Source of the DNA: Rotaria sp.
Taxonomy: Eukaryota
Direction: 5' to 3'
DNA: 19,546 bases
NCBI GenBank assembly: GCA_905330235.1
Contig: CAJNUA010000065.1
Coordinates: forward strand, 246,198-265,743
The notes under the pieces were generated by a model. The model worked only from the letters and a program-made list of their open reading frames with translations, had not been told where the DNA came from and searched no databases. This document shows positions 1 to 11,089 of this stretch, one piece after another. Every line of letters starts with the position of its first letter. Position 1 is the stretch's first letter. The position numbers and the translations under genes are program-made.

Positions 1-295
1 TTATTAGATATTATTATGTTATTACTAGAAAAAATGCATTAATACTTTTTTTTATAAGTAATAAAATCGATTTATAATTAGCAAATAGATTAAAGCAAGT
101 TTTGTTTTCTCATATTCAGAGCTAACATCATTGGATGTTTATTGGTTCTTTTTTCTGGTGTTAAACTCATTCTTTTTCAAGGTAAAAAACGTGGCTATTA
201 TTTTATCTTACAACTTTGCGATATCATATGTAGATAATGTGATTGACCTTTAATGCGAGCATATCATTTGTCTAATCAGTCACGTTTCATTGGAA

Positions 296-322
296 AATTG
301 AAGTTAATTAATTAATTAATTT
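296..322. repeat. (TTAA)n / (AATT)n microsatellite.
   Basis: aagttaattaattaattaattttc at 299-322, read directly. Confidence 0.7.
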
Positions 323-2039
323 TCTTAGATCATCAACATTTTTGTTTCTCCTGCTTAGTCTAGACACATATTCTTTTCTTGATGCGTCAACACTTTTCTA
401 TACAACAGTATTTCTAAAGAGAAACAAAGCTATATGCGACCTTTTTTAAGAATTTTTCACTAGTTCTTTTGAAACGAGTTTATCTCAGGGCAAAGAACTC
501 ATTCCATAACGATTCATTAAGTCAACAATTGGTTGATTTCAATAAATAAACTTTCCATTTTCTGAAGGCTTGTGCTATTTTGTACTTCCTGCTTATATTA
601 ACGTCCATTTAAAGGAATTTATCAGTGCAGTCCATAATTGGCTAAAATGGCGAAGTGACGTATCTTGTTCAGGTACATTCTAATGATATGATACTCAGAA
701 AGTAAAGAGTTTCTAGTAGATGAAATAACTTTTCAGACATAGCCAAGTATCCGAAACCGACTCTATCTTATTTATTTTTTGTATTTTTGATTGAAATTTC
801 TTTCTCTTTTTTTTGTTATTGACGTTCCATATTACATTTGTTTTGTTGCTATTGACTCGCTATTTATTATCTCTTTCTATTTCGTTCCACTTGATTTCTT
901 TTTATGTTTTTGCCATTGATATAAATGTTAGCGTAACTTACAGTGCACAGCTATTTAATAGATCTGCTACGGGTCTCAACACATCATTCTGTATTCAGAT
1001 AAACAGAAATTGTTCTAGTAATTATTGCCGAAAGTTAGAACTTGATTATGTCTTACATTTTAAATCGGTGATATGGCGACTAGAGAACGGTTTTGTACCG
1101 ACTAGGAGGGTACCGCAAAACCTTGACTTAAAACTTACACTCACTATTTTCTTCGAAAATATATGTGAGTTCCACAAAAATATGTCGATAAAACAGAAAA
1201 ATGGTTGTGTCCAAAGAATATATTTATGTAGATGATTTCGACGTAATCGGACGATACCTCATCTGTCATTTAAAAGTTTATTGTTTTATTTATATTTAGT
1301 GGTGTCGAATTACTATTACTTATTTTCGGCTTACAAGATTTGATTACCGCTTATTGATAATATAATTGTTTGGAAGCATACGAACGAGAACAAATGAACA
1401 CTAAAAAATGAATTTGATGATTAACATAATGGATTCAATATACTTAATTTCTTTTCACTTATATATTCTGCAGTACATCTATATAAATATTTACTATTCT
1501 GCGGAAATAGAAACTTGAATAATTCCGAATGTATTTCTATTGATAGTGTATTGTCTGATATATACATGAATTCAAATAAAAAATTTTTCAACTGCCATAA
1601 TGGAACCTTTTGCAATGTTTCAAATTTATCAAAATTGATACAAAGTGCTATCAACATTTGAACAATTGCTTCAATAGAAAACATTTTGACCTTTTTAATG
1701 AGAATAATAAAAGATGTTGTGGCCAAATAAAAGTGATCTTTTCTTCTTGAAGAATGAAGTTCTTAAGAACATGTATACTCACTTAGAAGATATTGTCTAT
1801 CTAAGCAGCAGTCGTTTGGATATCATTTTAGAGAAGCTTATTTGTTGCATTCAAATCAACACTGCAAAGTCATCTTCCGCAGAAATTCTGTTGAAGCTTT
1901 GAGTTTCCAACTGTACGTTTTTGATGAAGAGATATCTAGTAGTGAAGATAATGAAACGAACAGTAGGTACCGTATTGACTGTGGATCTTTAGTCACAATC
2001 CTGTTTATTTCTTAAGAAAGCTTTAAAGAATTCTTTCAA

Positions 2040-2290
2040 CTTTTCTTCAGAATGTTGCTTTAAATGCTAGTAATTCCAGTTGACAGGACATCTCATGGTG
2101 AAATAAGGTCATTTTCAGTATTGTTTCAAGTTCCTGCTCAGCTTTTTTTTGTCAATTAAGAGCGAAAGATATTAAAAAGATCCATTCTGAATTCTATTCA
2201 AAACCTTGACAACAATAACAAAGAGTATTATTCTAAGACTTTATCACTTTTCTTATAAGGATCTGTTCAGGATCTCTGTACCATGATTCT
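2040..2290 (+). repeat. Copy A of a roughly 250-bp interspersed repeat family. It is a non-coding element, possibly SINE- or MITE-like.
   Basis: It aligns collinearly with 11255-11520 at about 75-80% identity, read directly. Shared strings in copy A and then copy B: catctcatggtg/atatctcatgatg; ttttcagtattgtttcaagttcctgctcagcttttttttgtcaa/ttttcagaatatcttcaagttcttgctcagctttttttatcaa; ttctgaattctattcaaaac/atcagaattcattttcaac; acaacaataacaaagagtattattctaagactttatcac/acaggaataacaaaaagaattatactatgactctatcaa; gatctgttcaggatctct/tgatcaggatcctct. Confidence 0.7.
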
Positions 2291-3594
2291 CTCATAATTT
2301 ACAGACAAATCAGACATGAATCCTAAAGTGGTGGATGTAGGTATGATTCAAACAAGATGCTGTCTCATTTCCTATCCGCACTTGTTATTATTCCAAATGT
2401 CGAACAGAATACGAAGTAGTCGAGCGATTCTTGATATTGGCCAGTACTATACGCCATTTTTTTCATTATACATGAAATCCTACACTTTCTAACGTGTGTT
2501 CTCGTCATATGTAACCATGGTAACTGAGTATACGGTATGTTCGATAGCAATGGAGGAAGAGAAAGAAAAAATCAAGCTTATTTCCTCGATTTATAAACAT
2601 GAAAGAGAGGTGAACAAACTGTTATTTTGTGCATAAAATGATTCTACATGTAGGAGAATTCCTGCATAGAGACTAAAAACAAGATATTCTTAGCACAATG
2701 TTACATATCGTGAACATTGACCGACATTAGATAGATTATAATTGTTTTTCCTATTCTCTAAGTTATTTTTTCGTAGGATCTACTTTTTTCATTATGATCC
2801 ATCATTACTCTATAACAACCATCAGTTTTTCTTTTCTCTTGACTTTTTTTGTCGCTGACATCAAACATAAATTTATGCTACATTGAACATTGCCTATCTT
2901 CGTTTAGAAATACTTAAAAGTAGGCATTTTTGATCCAAACGGTAGATTTTCACTTGAATTTATCATTTTTTTTAGTGATCAGACATTTGTCGATTGCAGC
3001 TTGTAGATCATATCATTGCTTTATCTTTACACCTACAGTCGAATCACTCCTAGAACTACAAACTTTCACAACCACACCCACGCTCACAAAGACGCATACA
3101 AATTATTCCGCTGAAGGTTTTCTTAATCAAGCATGAAGCAGTTTGCTTTTACTTGCATCTTTTTGTTGAAGTTTTCAAGTAAATTGTACGTGTCAAATTT
3201 TCGATAAAGAAATCATCAAAAAAATTTGTTAAATCTATGCAAGAAAATTCTCTGCTAAAATATTCTTTTCTTGTCGCTTATATGAGAACAATATGTAAGT
3301 GTTACGCGTTACCTCGTTGAGTTAGTATGATGTCATTAATGACCATAGAAAATAGTATCGACTACTTAAAGAGAATAATCAATGCACTTAGTTGATTTTT
3401 AAATTCATATTATTGTATATTTTTTGCTAAGAATAACGCTAGAGTTTGTTTAACTAAGTTTTATTGAAATCAGTTTTATTGAAGGTTGTTCAGATACATA
3501 TAAGGAAAAAAGGGTGATATGAATAAAGCATCACAAGCTACGGATAACACATGAATAATGAGCGTTGAAATAAGTCACTAGATTGCTATAGATT

Positions 3595-3600
3595 TTATTT
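3595..3600 (-). promoter_or_regulatory. Candidate polyadenylation signal AATAAA for the SPTLC2 orthologue, about 60 nt downstream of its stop codon.
   Basis: The plus strand reads tttatt at 3595-3600, which is AATAAA on the minus strand immediately 3' of the terminal exon. Confidence 0.4.
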
Positions 3601-3661
3601 GTCAATTAAGAAGAAAAATAGTTTGTAGTCAATAAATGATACGTATTAAGATGGTAAAATA

Positions 3662-3772
3662 TTAATCTTCGTGATAGTCTTCAGGATTTAGTTCAGCTAA
3701 ACGACGTAGTGGCTTTCGTTTTGAACATTGAAGCCCGTTAATATAGCCGACCTCATCGAAAACTCTCAAAGC
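3662..3772 (-). CDS. SPTLC2: SPTLC2 exon 11, terminal ([36 protein letters not shown], then TAA stop at 3664-3662).
   Basis: Acceptor tttcatag|GCT. Matches the human C-terminus [38 protein letters not shown], including the acidic tail. If the exon-10 donor were not used, the protein would end 9 codons later at TAA instead. The splice is preferred because of this conservation. Confidence 0.7.
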   Translation of the reverse strand, partial: ALRVFDEVGYINGLQCSKRKPLRRLAELNPEDYHED

Positions 3773-6700
3773 CTATGAAAAGAGAAAAATAAAATTGTTT
3801 AACTATGTCTGGCATATTGTTTCTTCATTACATGATCGAGCATTTCTTTAGTATGACTAGCAGATAGACAAAATCGTATACGTGATTCGTTAATCTTAGT
3901 AGCCGGAAAGCCCACAGTCACTACAGCACATCCACGTTTTAACATTCCTCGATTGACAGCTCTATATAATGAAACAGTTAGTATAAAAAGAAAAAAAACA
4001 TAATTTCATACGCAATTTTAGCTGGTATGAACAGCATTACTGGAACCACTGGCGAATCATTATTTCCATATACAATAAAGCCCATATCAACAAGTTGACG
4101 ACGAAAATAATGAACATTACGAGCTAATTGTTGAATACGTTTTTGACCTAAAAATAATATCGAATACATCTAAGATAATTCTTATCGCATTAGAGATCGT
4201 CATTCCCATCTAAACTACGTAGTTCATTTTGTACTTTTCTTTCTTACAATACTCGGAATTTAATATCTTACCATTATCAGTTCCATCTTGACCACTGATA
4301 ATGTTAAGTGCACTAAGGATTTGATAGACAATAGGTGCCGACATGCTCGATGAGTAACATGCAGAATGAGAATGAGCTCGAATATAATCGACCAAAGACT
4401 ATGACAAAAGTCAAATTCGATCAATTTAATATAAAAGAATATCTCATACCTTGTTACCAGCAATATAACCTCCGACAGAACAGAAACTTTTCGTAAATGT
4501 GCCCATATGTACATCAATATCTTTCGGATCAACATTCCAGTAATCGACAACACCACGACCACGTGAACCAATGGCACCAATTGAATGAGCTTCATCAACA
4601 TACAAATAGACTTTGTATTTTTTCTTAATGGCAACTATTTCAGGTAATTTACACAATGAGCCTTCCATACTAAAGTTTCATAAAGCCAACATTAACAAAA
4701 TTAAGTAGAACAGTCATCCGTTTTACCTGTAGACACCTTCGACGATAATCAAAATTTTTCTCCATGGTCGAAATTTTCTTGATTGACCATAAATAATGGC
4801 TTCACGTAATTGATATTCCAAATCTTGCATGTCTAAAAAACAAATCAATAAACTTTGTCAGAAAAAACGATATAAAATTGAAAAATAGAAGATTTTCATG
4901 ATAATGTCGTTTCCTTTATAAAACATGATGTATTTAACAAAAAAAATGAACAAAAATCACAGTAATCAGAATAACGCTATGAAGCACGAGGAGTGTTAAA
5001 ACTATTTTTTGAGCCATAATATTTTCAAGAAACAGCTATGAAAGTATAAAAATATCTGTATGGACTAAAAATTTAGCGTAGTTATTTGTCTTGAAATGGC
5101 TTCGAAGTTTATGACTTTCCTATTTACTTTCAGGATTTCGAAAACTTTTTTTTCGAAATTCAATTTTCAACACAACTAGAAATATGAAGCTGGCTACGTT
5201 GATCAAAAATATAGCAATCACAAATCCCAGAAATATAATGCTATGCCAGGAAGCGAGTTTTATCCAATGTTGATTCATCGACTCAAACCGAGTTTATGAC
5301 CCTTCTTTCGTATAAACTACCTCGTAAAAAATGGGTTTCGATTTCGAGCCTATAGAATTATGTAAGATAATAGAAGACATGGTTTTATTTTTTCAACTAA
5401 ACTAATATAGATAATATGCAACGAGAAAGAAGGATCAATCAATTTAGTTTAATAATTATTTGAAAATCTGATATATCGGCGTATCCATACGACCATTATC
5501 AAAGTATATATATTAAGAATATGGTCGTGATGTTAGTATATATCCATCAACATAATACAACAAAGATAATTCAAAAAGTGCAAGTCATGGATTAAATAAA
5601 TCAAAAACAACTATTGAAAAATTTCTGTAAATCTGATATGAATAGTTTACGGAATAGTCTTCTCTAGAACGCGATCAGATTAGATTTACCAATGCTATAG
5701 CTAGGATTATGATCAGGACCACTGAAAAAAAGTTATTGAAACTGGAATTCAAAGAAATGAGTCTAGTACATCTCGAGTTGGTATATAGAATGTCCAGAAA
5801 ATCACTAGACAAAGAAAAATTTGAATATCTTTGCCATATTTCGACGATATGTGCTGATATTTTTACCATTGATAAAGTAATATTCAAAGCTTATATTCAT
5901 AAGAGAAACATTGTAAAAATCATTTCAATGTATTTACAATTGATTTTAACCAAGAGCTGTAACCTTTCATAAGTTATGAAAAAATGATATATTTATTTTG
6001 CTAGCCAAGCATAAACGACATCTATTTTTTTCAATCAATTGTTTACACTAGTATCGCTTGGGCTCATATTTATACTATAGATACATGCATTGTTACTTAG
6101 CGTATCCTAAAAGTTTTACACATAAACATCAAGAATATGTTGACAAAACTACAATATTAATTTTTCATAACTTGTGAAATATTATGAACCTTTTGTTGAA
6201 GTCAGTTGTACTACTTAAAAACATTTTTGAGAACGTTTCTCTTATAAATATGAACTATGAACATTGCTTTGTTAGTGGTAAAAATATCAGCCCATATAGT
6301 CGAAATATGGCGGAGACATTTACATTTTTCTTTGTCTGGTGCCTTTCTAGATACCCTTTATTTTAGAAAGAATTCAGAAGCCTTAATTTCTTGAAATACG
6401 TATAAATTAGTCAGAAACTCAGCGACATATGCATAACTTGTCATTGCATGGGGTGCGGGTGTATATCTTGTCTTCACTCGAATCCGCACATAATAGCACT
6501 CACTTTCATCTACATTCAAACCCAAATTACAAAATTTAAATACTCACAACAGGATTTTACTCATAAGACAAGTGGAGACCATAATGTATTGTCAAGGTAA
6601 AAATATCGTTTTTTACTGGCCTAAGTTTAATATGCGTATTTAGGTTTCAAATTGAGAATGTTTCATATCTAAAACTCGTTAATATAATGAAGAAAGGCGA

Positions 6701-7677
6701 GAAATATTTTTCTGTAAAGACCAATTCGAATCAAAATGGGTCATTGCAAATATGGATACATACCATTGTGATTGAATGTGCGAATATGTGCACCAGATAG
6801 TCGAGCACCAAGAATAATTGAAACATGATTTAGTTTATCACTCAATATAAGATCACCCTATTGCAAAACATTTTTAATGAAAGAAAAAAAACAAGATGAT
6901 TGTTCTATACTTTGCCCATTATTGCGGGAATATTTAATGCATTGGTAGCAAAGCCCATACCAAAAGCAATACAATCTTCAACACCTAGATAATTTGCCAT
7001 CATTTCTTCAAGAGTTCTCATATATTGTTGATTTCCTATGAATAGAAAATGAATACATGAAATGATTTGATTTAGTTTATAAAAAGACAAACGTACCTAA
7101 TTCATGACGAGTACTACAGTTCGTAACGCCATAATTTTCAATTGATCTTATAGCTTGTTCTGTACATGGACCGCTGTTTTCGGCAAAACCTAAATAATTG
7201 TATGAACCCAAATTGATGGCCGGTATTTTTCTGCCAGTAAATCTATATCAATGAAGATAACCATATGAGCTTTTTTTCTTTTTTTTGTCGACTTTCTCAT
7301 TCACACTCACCTGAATGTCCAATTGTAATCGTCTGTCACACGTTCCATGACATCGACTATAGGTCCCGCCATACTTGCAATCGGTTGATTGAATACATCA
7401 CGAACACGTTTATAGAGATTACGCGTATAGAAGCACTCGAAACTTTGATAGAGCGGTACAAAATCCTACGAAGAGAAAACATTCATAATAGACTTTTTAT
7501 GAGATGTTTTGAAACCTTTGGATTTGGATCTATAACAAGTGTTTTCTTTTCCAAGCCAATATAACGAAGAAAATCGCGCAACCATCCGAGTGCAGTATGC
7601 AAAGCAAAACTGAGTATAGTAACGACGGCAGCCCAAGTTGGTGCTTCTTCGAAATTTTCATCGTTAAGAGTCATCAT
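3662..7677 (-). CDS. SPTLC2: Serine palmitoyltransferase long-chain base subunit 2 (class-II aminotransferase, AONS family). Gene span from start codon to stop codon, 11 coding exons, about 503 aa.
   Basis: Conceptual splicing across GT-AG introns gives a continuous protein that aligns with my recollection of human SPTLC2 along its whole length. Examples: LRDFLRY in exon 1; [18 protein letters not shown]; [11 protein letters not shown]; [18 protein letters not shown]; [29 protein letters not shown]; [19 protein letters not shown]; [24 protein letters not shown]; [14 protein letters not shown], which contains the PLP-binding Lys; HSHSACYS; [25 protein letters not shown]; [25 protein letters not shown]. 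All intron phases are consistent. Confidence 0.9.
3832..3961 (-). CDS. SPTLC2: SPTLC2 exon 10 ([44 protein letters not shown]).
   Basis: Acceptor tatatag|AGC and donor CAT|gtaatg, phase 0. Matches the human [44 protein letters not shown] region. Confidence 0.8.
4012..4147 (-). CDS. SPTLC2: SPTLC2 exon 9 ([45 protein letters not shown]-).
   Basis: Acceptor tttag|GTC and donor ATTGC|gtatga, phase 2. Matches the human [45 protein letters not shown] region. Confidence 0.85.
4272..4398 (-). CDS. SPTLC2: SPTLC2 exon 8 ([42 protein letters not shown]-).
   Basis: Acceptor tcatag|TCT and donor AATG|gtaaga. Matches the human [43 protein letters not shown] region. Confidence 0.85.
4450..4669 (-). CDS. 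SPTLC2: SPTLC2 exon 7 ([73 protein letters not shown]). Contains the PLP-lysine motif.
   Basis: Acceptor ctttag|T and donor CAAG|gtatga. Near-identical to the human [73 protein letters not shown] region. Confidence 0.9.
4727..4832 (-). CDS. SPTLC2: SPTLC2 exon 6 ([36 protein letters not shown]-). It follows the only long intron in the gene, about 1.93 kb (4833-6763).
   Basis: Acceptor ttttttag|AC and donor TACAG|gtaaaa. Matches the human [36 protein letters not shown] region. Confidence 0.8.
6764..6857 (-). CDS. SPTLC2: SPTLC2 exon 5 ([31 protein letters not shown]-).
   Basis: Acceptor tgcaatag|GGT and donor AATG|gtatgt. Matches the human [32 protein letters not shown] region. Confidence 0.8.
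6911..7035 (-). CDS. SPTLC2: SPTLC2 exon 4 ([42 protein letters not shown]).
   Basis: Acceptor ttcatag|GA and donor AAA|gtatag, phase 0. Matches the human GMGFATNSMNIPALVGK region. Confidence 0.8.
7097..7242 (-). CDS. SPTLC2: SPTLC2 exon 3 ([49 protein letters not shown]-).
   Basis: Acceptor atatag|A and donor TTAG|gtacgt. Matches the human [24 protein letters not shown]...CSTRQEIG region. Confidence 0.8.
7311..7465 (-). CDS. SPTLC2: SPTLC2 exon 2 ([51 protein letters not shown]-).
   Basis: Acceptor cttcgtag|G and donor TTCAG|gtgagt. Matches the human [23 protein letters not shown]...DIMERQSHDYNWSF region. Confidence 0.8.
7516..7677 (-). CDS. SPTLC2: SPTLC2 exon 1 ([54 protein letters not shown]). 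Donor AAAG|GTTTCA, phase 0.
   Basis: The ATG pair at 7677/7674 lies upstream of the conserved membrane-proximal LRDFLRY motif. An upstream in-frame Met at 7731 exists, but the codons between (CFSLIFCNLLQ) are AT-rich and pyrimidine-tract/CAG acceptor-like, so I treat them as 5' UTR or intron. Confidence 0.6.
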
Positions 7678-10600
7678 TTTTTTCGTGTCATCCTGGAGCA
7701 AGTTACAGAAAATTAAAGAAAAACAATACAATATATAAATCTAGCTAAGACTTGACTTACTTTTGATTTTGTGTCCAACAGATATGATGTTTTATTGAAA
7801 GTGTCCGTCATATGTACTCAGTTGCTTCTCAACAATGATGCTTATGTGCTGGTAAATATCTGAAACGATAAAGTCCACCTAGGCCAAAATTTGATTACCG
7901 AAGTATCGTTCCAATGGTGGTTGTAGATTTTAAGGATTTTTTCATATATTTTAGAATCTCGATCAAAATAAATTGATCTTGACAAGTAATAATATTTTCT
8001 TTTCTGAAATTTTTCAGAGTAAAAATAGCTAGCTTTTTACTATTGTTGAAAAATCTTTAAGTGTAACTTCGACGAGATTAAAATGTTAAACACGATGAAA
8101 CAACACTACTTGTGGACGACACTCATTCCATGTCAATCATATTTTTCTTGAGAGTCAGACAGACAAATACATCATGTCCGTCTGAGAGTATAGGTACAAG
8201 TCTTATATCTTCATCCACTCACACTATCCCACACCAACTAACACCCGGTCTCACATCGTTATGGATATGCTCTGTAACTAATAATCGATTTTTCTTGCTC
8301 ATTAGAAATTTGTAAGGAGCGTTGCATTGTTCATCATTATCATCTGAACTGACGGAGAACGGTTCAAAAACGGTGAAAATCGCCAATCGTGTTTCATCCT
8401 TTAGGGCAGTAATCCTGTCTTGTCTTCATCGTCTTAGGCAGTATAAAAAGTCGTCTTAGATAGTCAGAATTATCGGCCTGGGTGCTTCCTAGAAATCTAT
8501 TCTTTCAAAGTGAGAATTCTTCAGTAAGAAAGATGAGGAAATGATGATTGAATTTGAAAATCTTGTATTATTGTAAATATTTCGCTGGTAGGTTGATTGA
8601 AACTCACAGCACATAAACGGACAGGCAATCGAAAAAACTTATCTTTGACAAATAATCACAAGCGGATCGGTTACCGGTTGTACAATCATCTTTGTAATCT
8701 TCGAGTTATACCCTCTTGAACATAATCCAAGGAGTTGACAATAAACCTTATTTAAACTCTTGATTTACTCTCTTAAGAATTTAAAAGATCGATCAATTAC
8801 AGACACTTTTTCTTTATAATAGCATGACTATATTAAGAACTCACCGTAGAAAATTGCGTTTTCATAGCATGTAAATTTTGTAATAACTAAATGCTGCAAC
8901 GATAACAAAGAGAAAGGCTAGAATTTTTCTATGAAGATTTCTAGAAGAAAATTAATGGGTACGCAAGTGAAATTTATTTCGATCAATCTTAATAGATGTT
9001 TATCGGAAGCTTGACTTTACCAGACTATGAAAAAATCTTTCAAATATGCAACTATATGTTGAACAGAATATGCCAAGACTTACATTCAATTGCAGTTACA
9101 CTCTACAATGAAACGTACTTGAAGTAAAAGAATAAAAAGTGAAAGAGAGAGTCTTATAACGTGCTTAAAACTGCGCTCTCTCTATGTTGCTGCCCTACGA
9201 TCAATAACGGCAACATCAACAACAGTAACAGCAATCATTCTTGATTTAATTGCTTCTGCACTGTGATACTACGATTTGTCAATAAATGAGAGCAGAACAC
9301 AGAAAAAAATGTCTCGAGCGCACTAACAATGCAGGCAAATATGTTGGAAGCCATAGCGTTGCCAACATAGAGTTTAGAAACAATCCATTATCGCTTTTCG
9401 TTAGAATTTTAAATACTGTCATCATGTTTTCTCAGAACTTCAAAAAATTGAGTTCATCTGAGTCCTTATCTGTTCTCAGTACATTTCTATCTCTGATAAT
9501 GCAATACTTGATCAAGATTATAATTACTCTGGTGAAAGTTTTGAAAAAAATGAAAAATTTCTAATATTAACTAAGATTTTTGCTCGAGTTTCTAGAAAAA
9601 AAATAGACAAATTTTGGGAAAGTGATATTAAGAACTAAAAGGTAGAAAGTTAAAGAAATAAAATCATAAATATCGATCTATAGACTTATTGATTGTAAAC
9701 AGATAACCTTATATTTGAAGCTAAATATTTATAAATATCTGTTGACATATTTATTAGTTGTCAAATTTGCTCAATGATTTCGATTCGATCATGATATTGT
9801 ATTTTCAATTATGGCTCTTCATTGCATGGTACTATTTGAATTTAAATTGATAGACGAAAATGTATTCGTTGATTATTCATACTTGAGTCTTCACTCAATG
9901 GTTGTGCAGCATCATGCTCTATTACTATTTGATTATTTGAATTTTCTAGAACAACAATACATATATTAGGACTAACATTTACATGTAACTGGCGAAAAAA
10001 AAATATTCGTACGAGAATAGATGGCACGTAGATAGTGATTTTAATGCCCATCAATGTTGACTATGTGAGAACATCTTGTAAGTACAGATTCATAAAGTCT
10101 TTGGTGAGAATATTTAATATTTTGAATTCGATATTTGGTCTTTTGAGATAGGTTTTAGTGATCTTTGTTCCTGGTAATTATATCTATCATGTTAATAATG
10201 ACGATTTCCAATATCTTCAGTCACAATCCTACTATTTAGTTGATTTTCAATAGTGGAAAGTATTTATTTGAATACGCAATGCTACTTAAAATCACTTTAA
10301 AAGTATTACAAGAAAGTAAGAATTACAAAAATGAAAGAAATTTTTCAGTTCATATGACCAATTTTAAGGATTTAAAAATATGTCTACTTATGCAAATTCA
10401 AATCAAGAGAGGTTATAGCTTAGACAAAAAACGATATCCTCTGCTTTTATGAATACTGGAGTCTAATCTTTTTTGAGTGTTAATTTTTTATATTTTGTAT
10501 ATTGCTTTTAGTGATGTTAAATTATTATTTGCCTTGATTTTTATTTAAAGGCATCGGGTGATAATGATAACATTTAGTCGACGTTCATGTATGTAAGAAA

Positions 10601-11089
10601 TCCTCATCGGCAGTTTAAATAACAACATAAAAAATCTAGAAATAAAAATAAGTTAAACATTTTTTATTTCGAAAATATCTTAGAAGAGTTACTATAGAAG
10701 ACAAGAATATTAAAGAGTTTATCAAAATATAATATCTGTTTAAAATTTAAAACGCCTTTTATTTTACCAAAAAAAATTTAATTCCAAACATTTTATACCA
10801 TAACGAGACGTTATCCATATTCTTATAAAGTACGAATATTTCTAAAATGCACATTAGATTAGTCTTAAAAAACGTTGTCACTACTTTATAAAGCTTCTGT
10901 TAAATAATCTTTTCTTCCGTCTCTGTTTTTCATAGCTTTAATTCCATTGGTTTGCAAATGTCCCCACTATTGTATTGCTAAATTTCTTAAACATCTATGA
11001 GATTCAAAAGTTTATTTGATTGAGTTTTGTAGCGTAGTTCCAAACAATTCAACAACTTAAAAATAAATTCATAAATTAATGATATCGCT

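Noticed and set aside
813-1235. 140-aa plus-strand ORF (MLLTFHITFVLLLLTRYLL...)
   Set aside because: The composition is dominated by AT-rich codons (F, L, I, N, Y), with no recognisable domain and no splice-site context. It is the expected length tail of random ORFs in 70% AT DNA.
1714-1902. 62-aa plus ORF followed by a GT and a pyrimidine-tract/AG about 80 nt downstream (possible exon pair of another gene)
   Set aside because: The peptide (MLWPNKSDLFFLKNEVLKNMYTHLEDIVYLSSSRLDIILEKL...) has no recognisable similarity and the splice signals are weak. There is insufficient evidence to call an exon.
4260-4634. 124-aa minus ORF overlapping the SPTLC2 region in another frame
   Set aside because: It is out of frame relative to the conserved SPTLC2 exons 7-8 and spans an intron. 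It is an artefact of the six-frame ORF track.
9135-9185. Hairpin gagagag-N25-ctctctc
   Set aside because: It is a short 7-bp stem built from simple GA/TC repeats, which are common by chance in low-complexity DNA. There is no flanking conservation or gene context.
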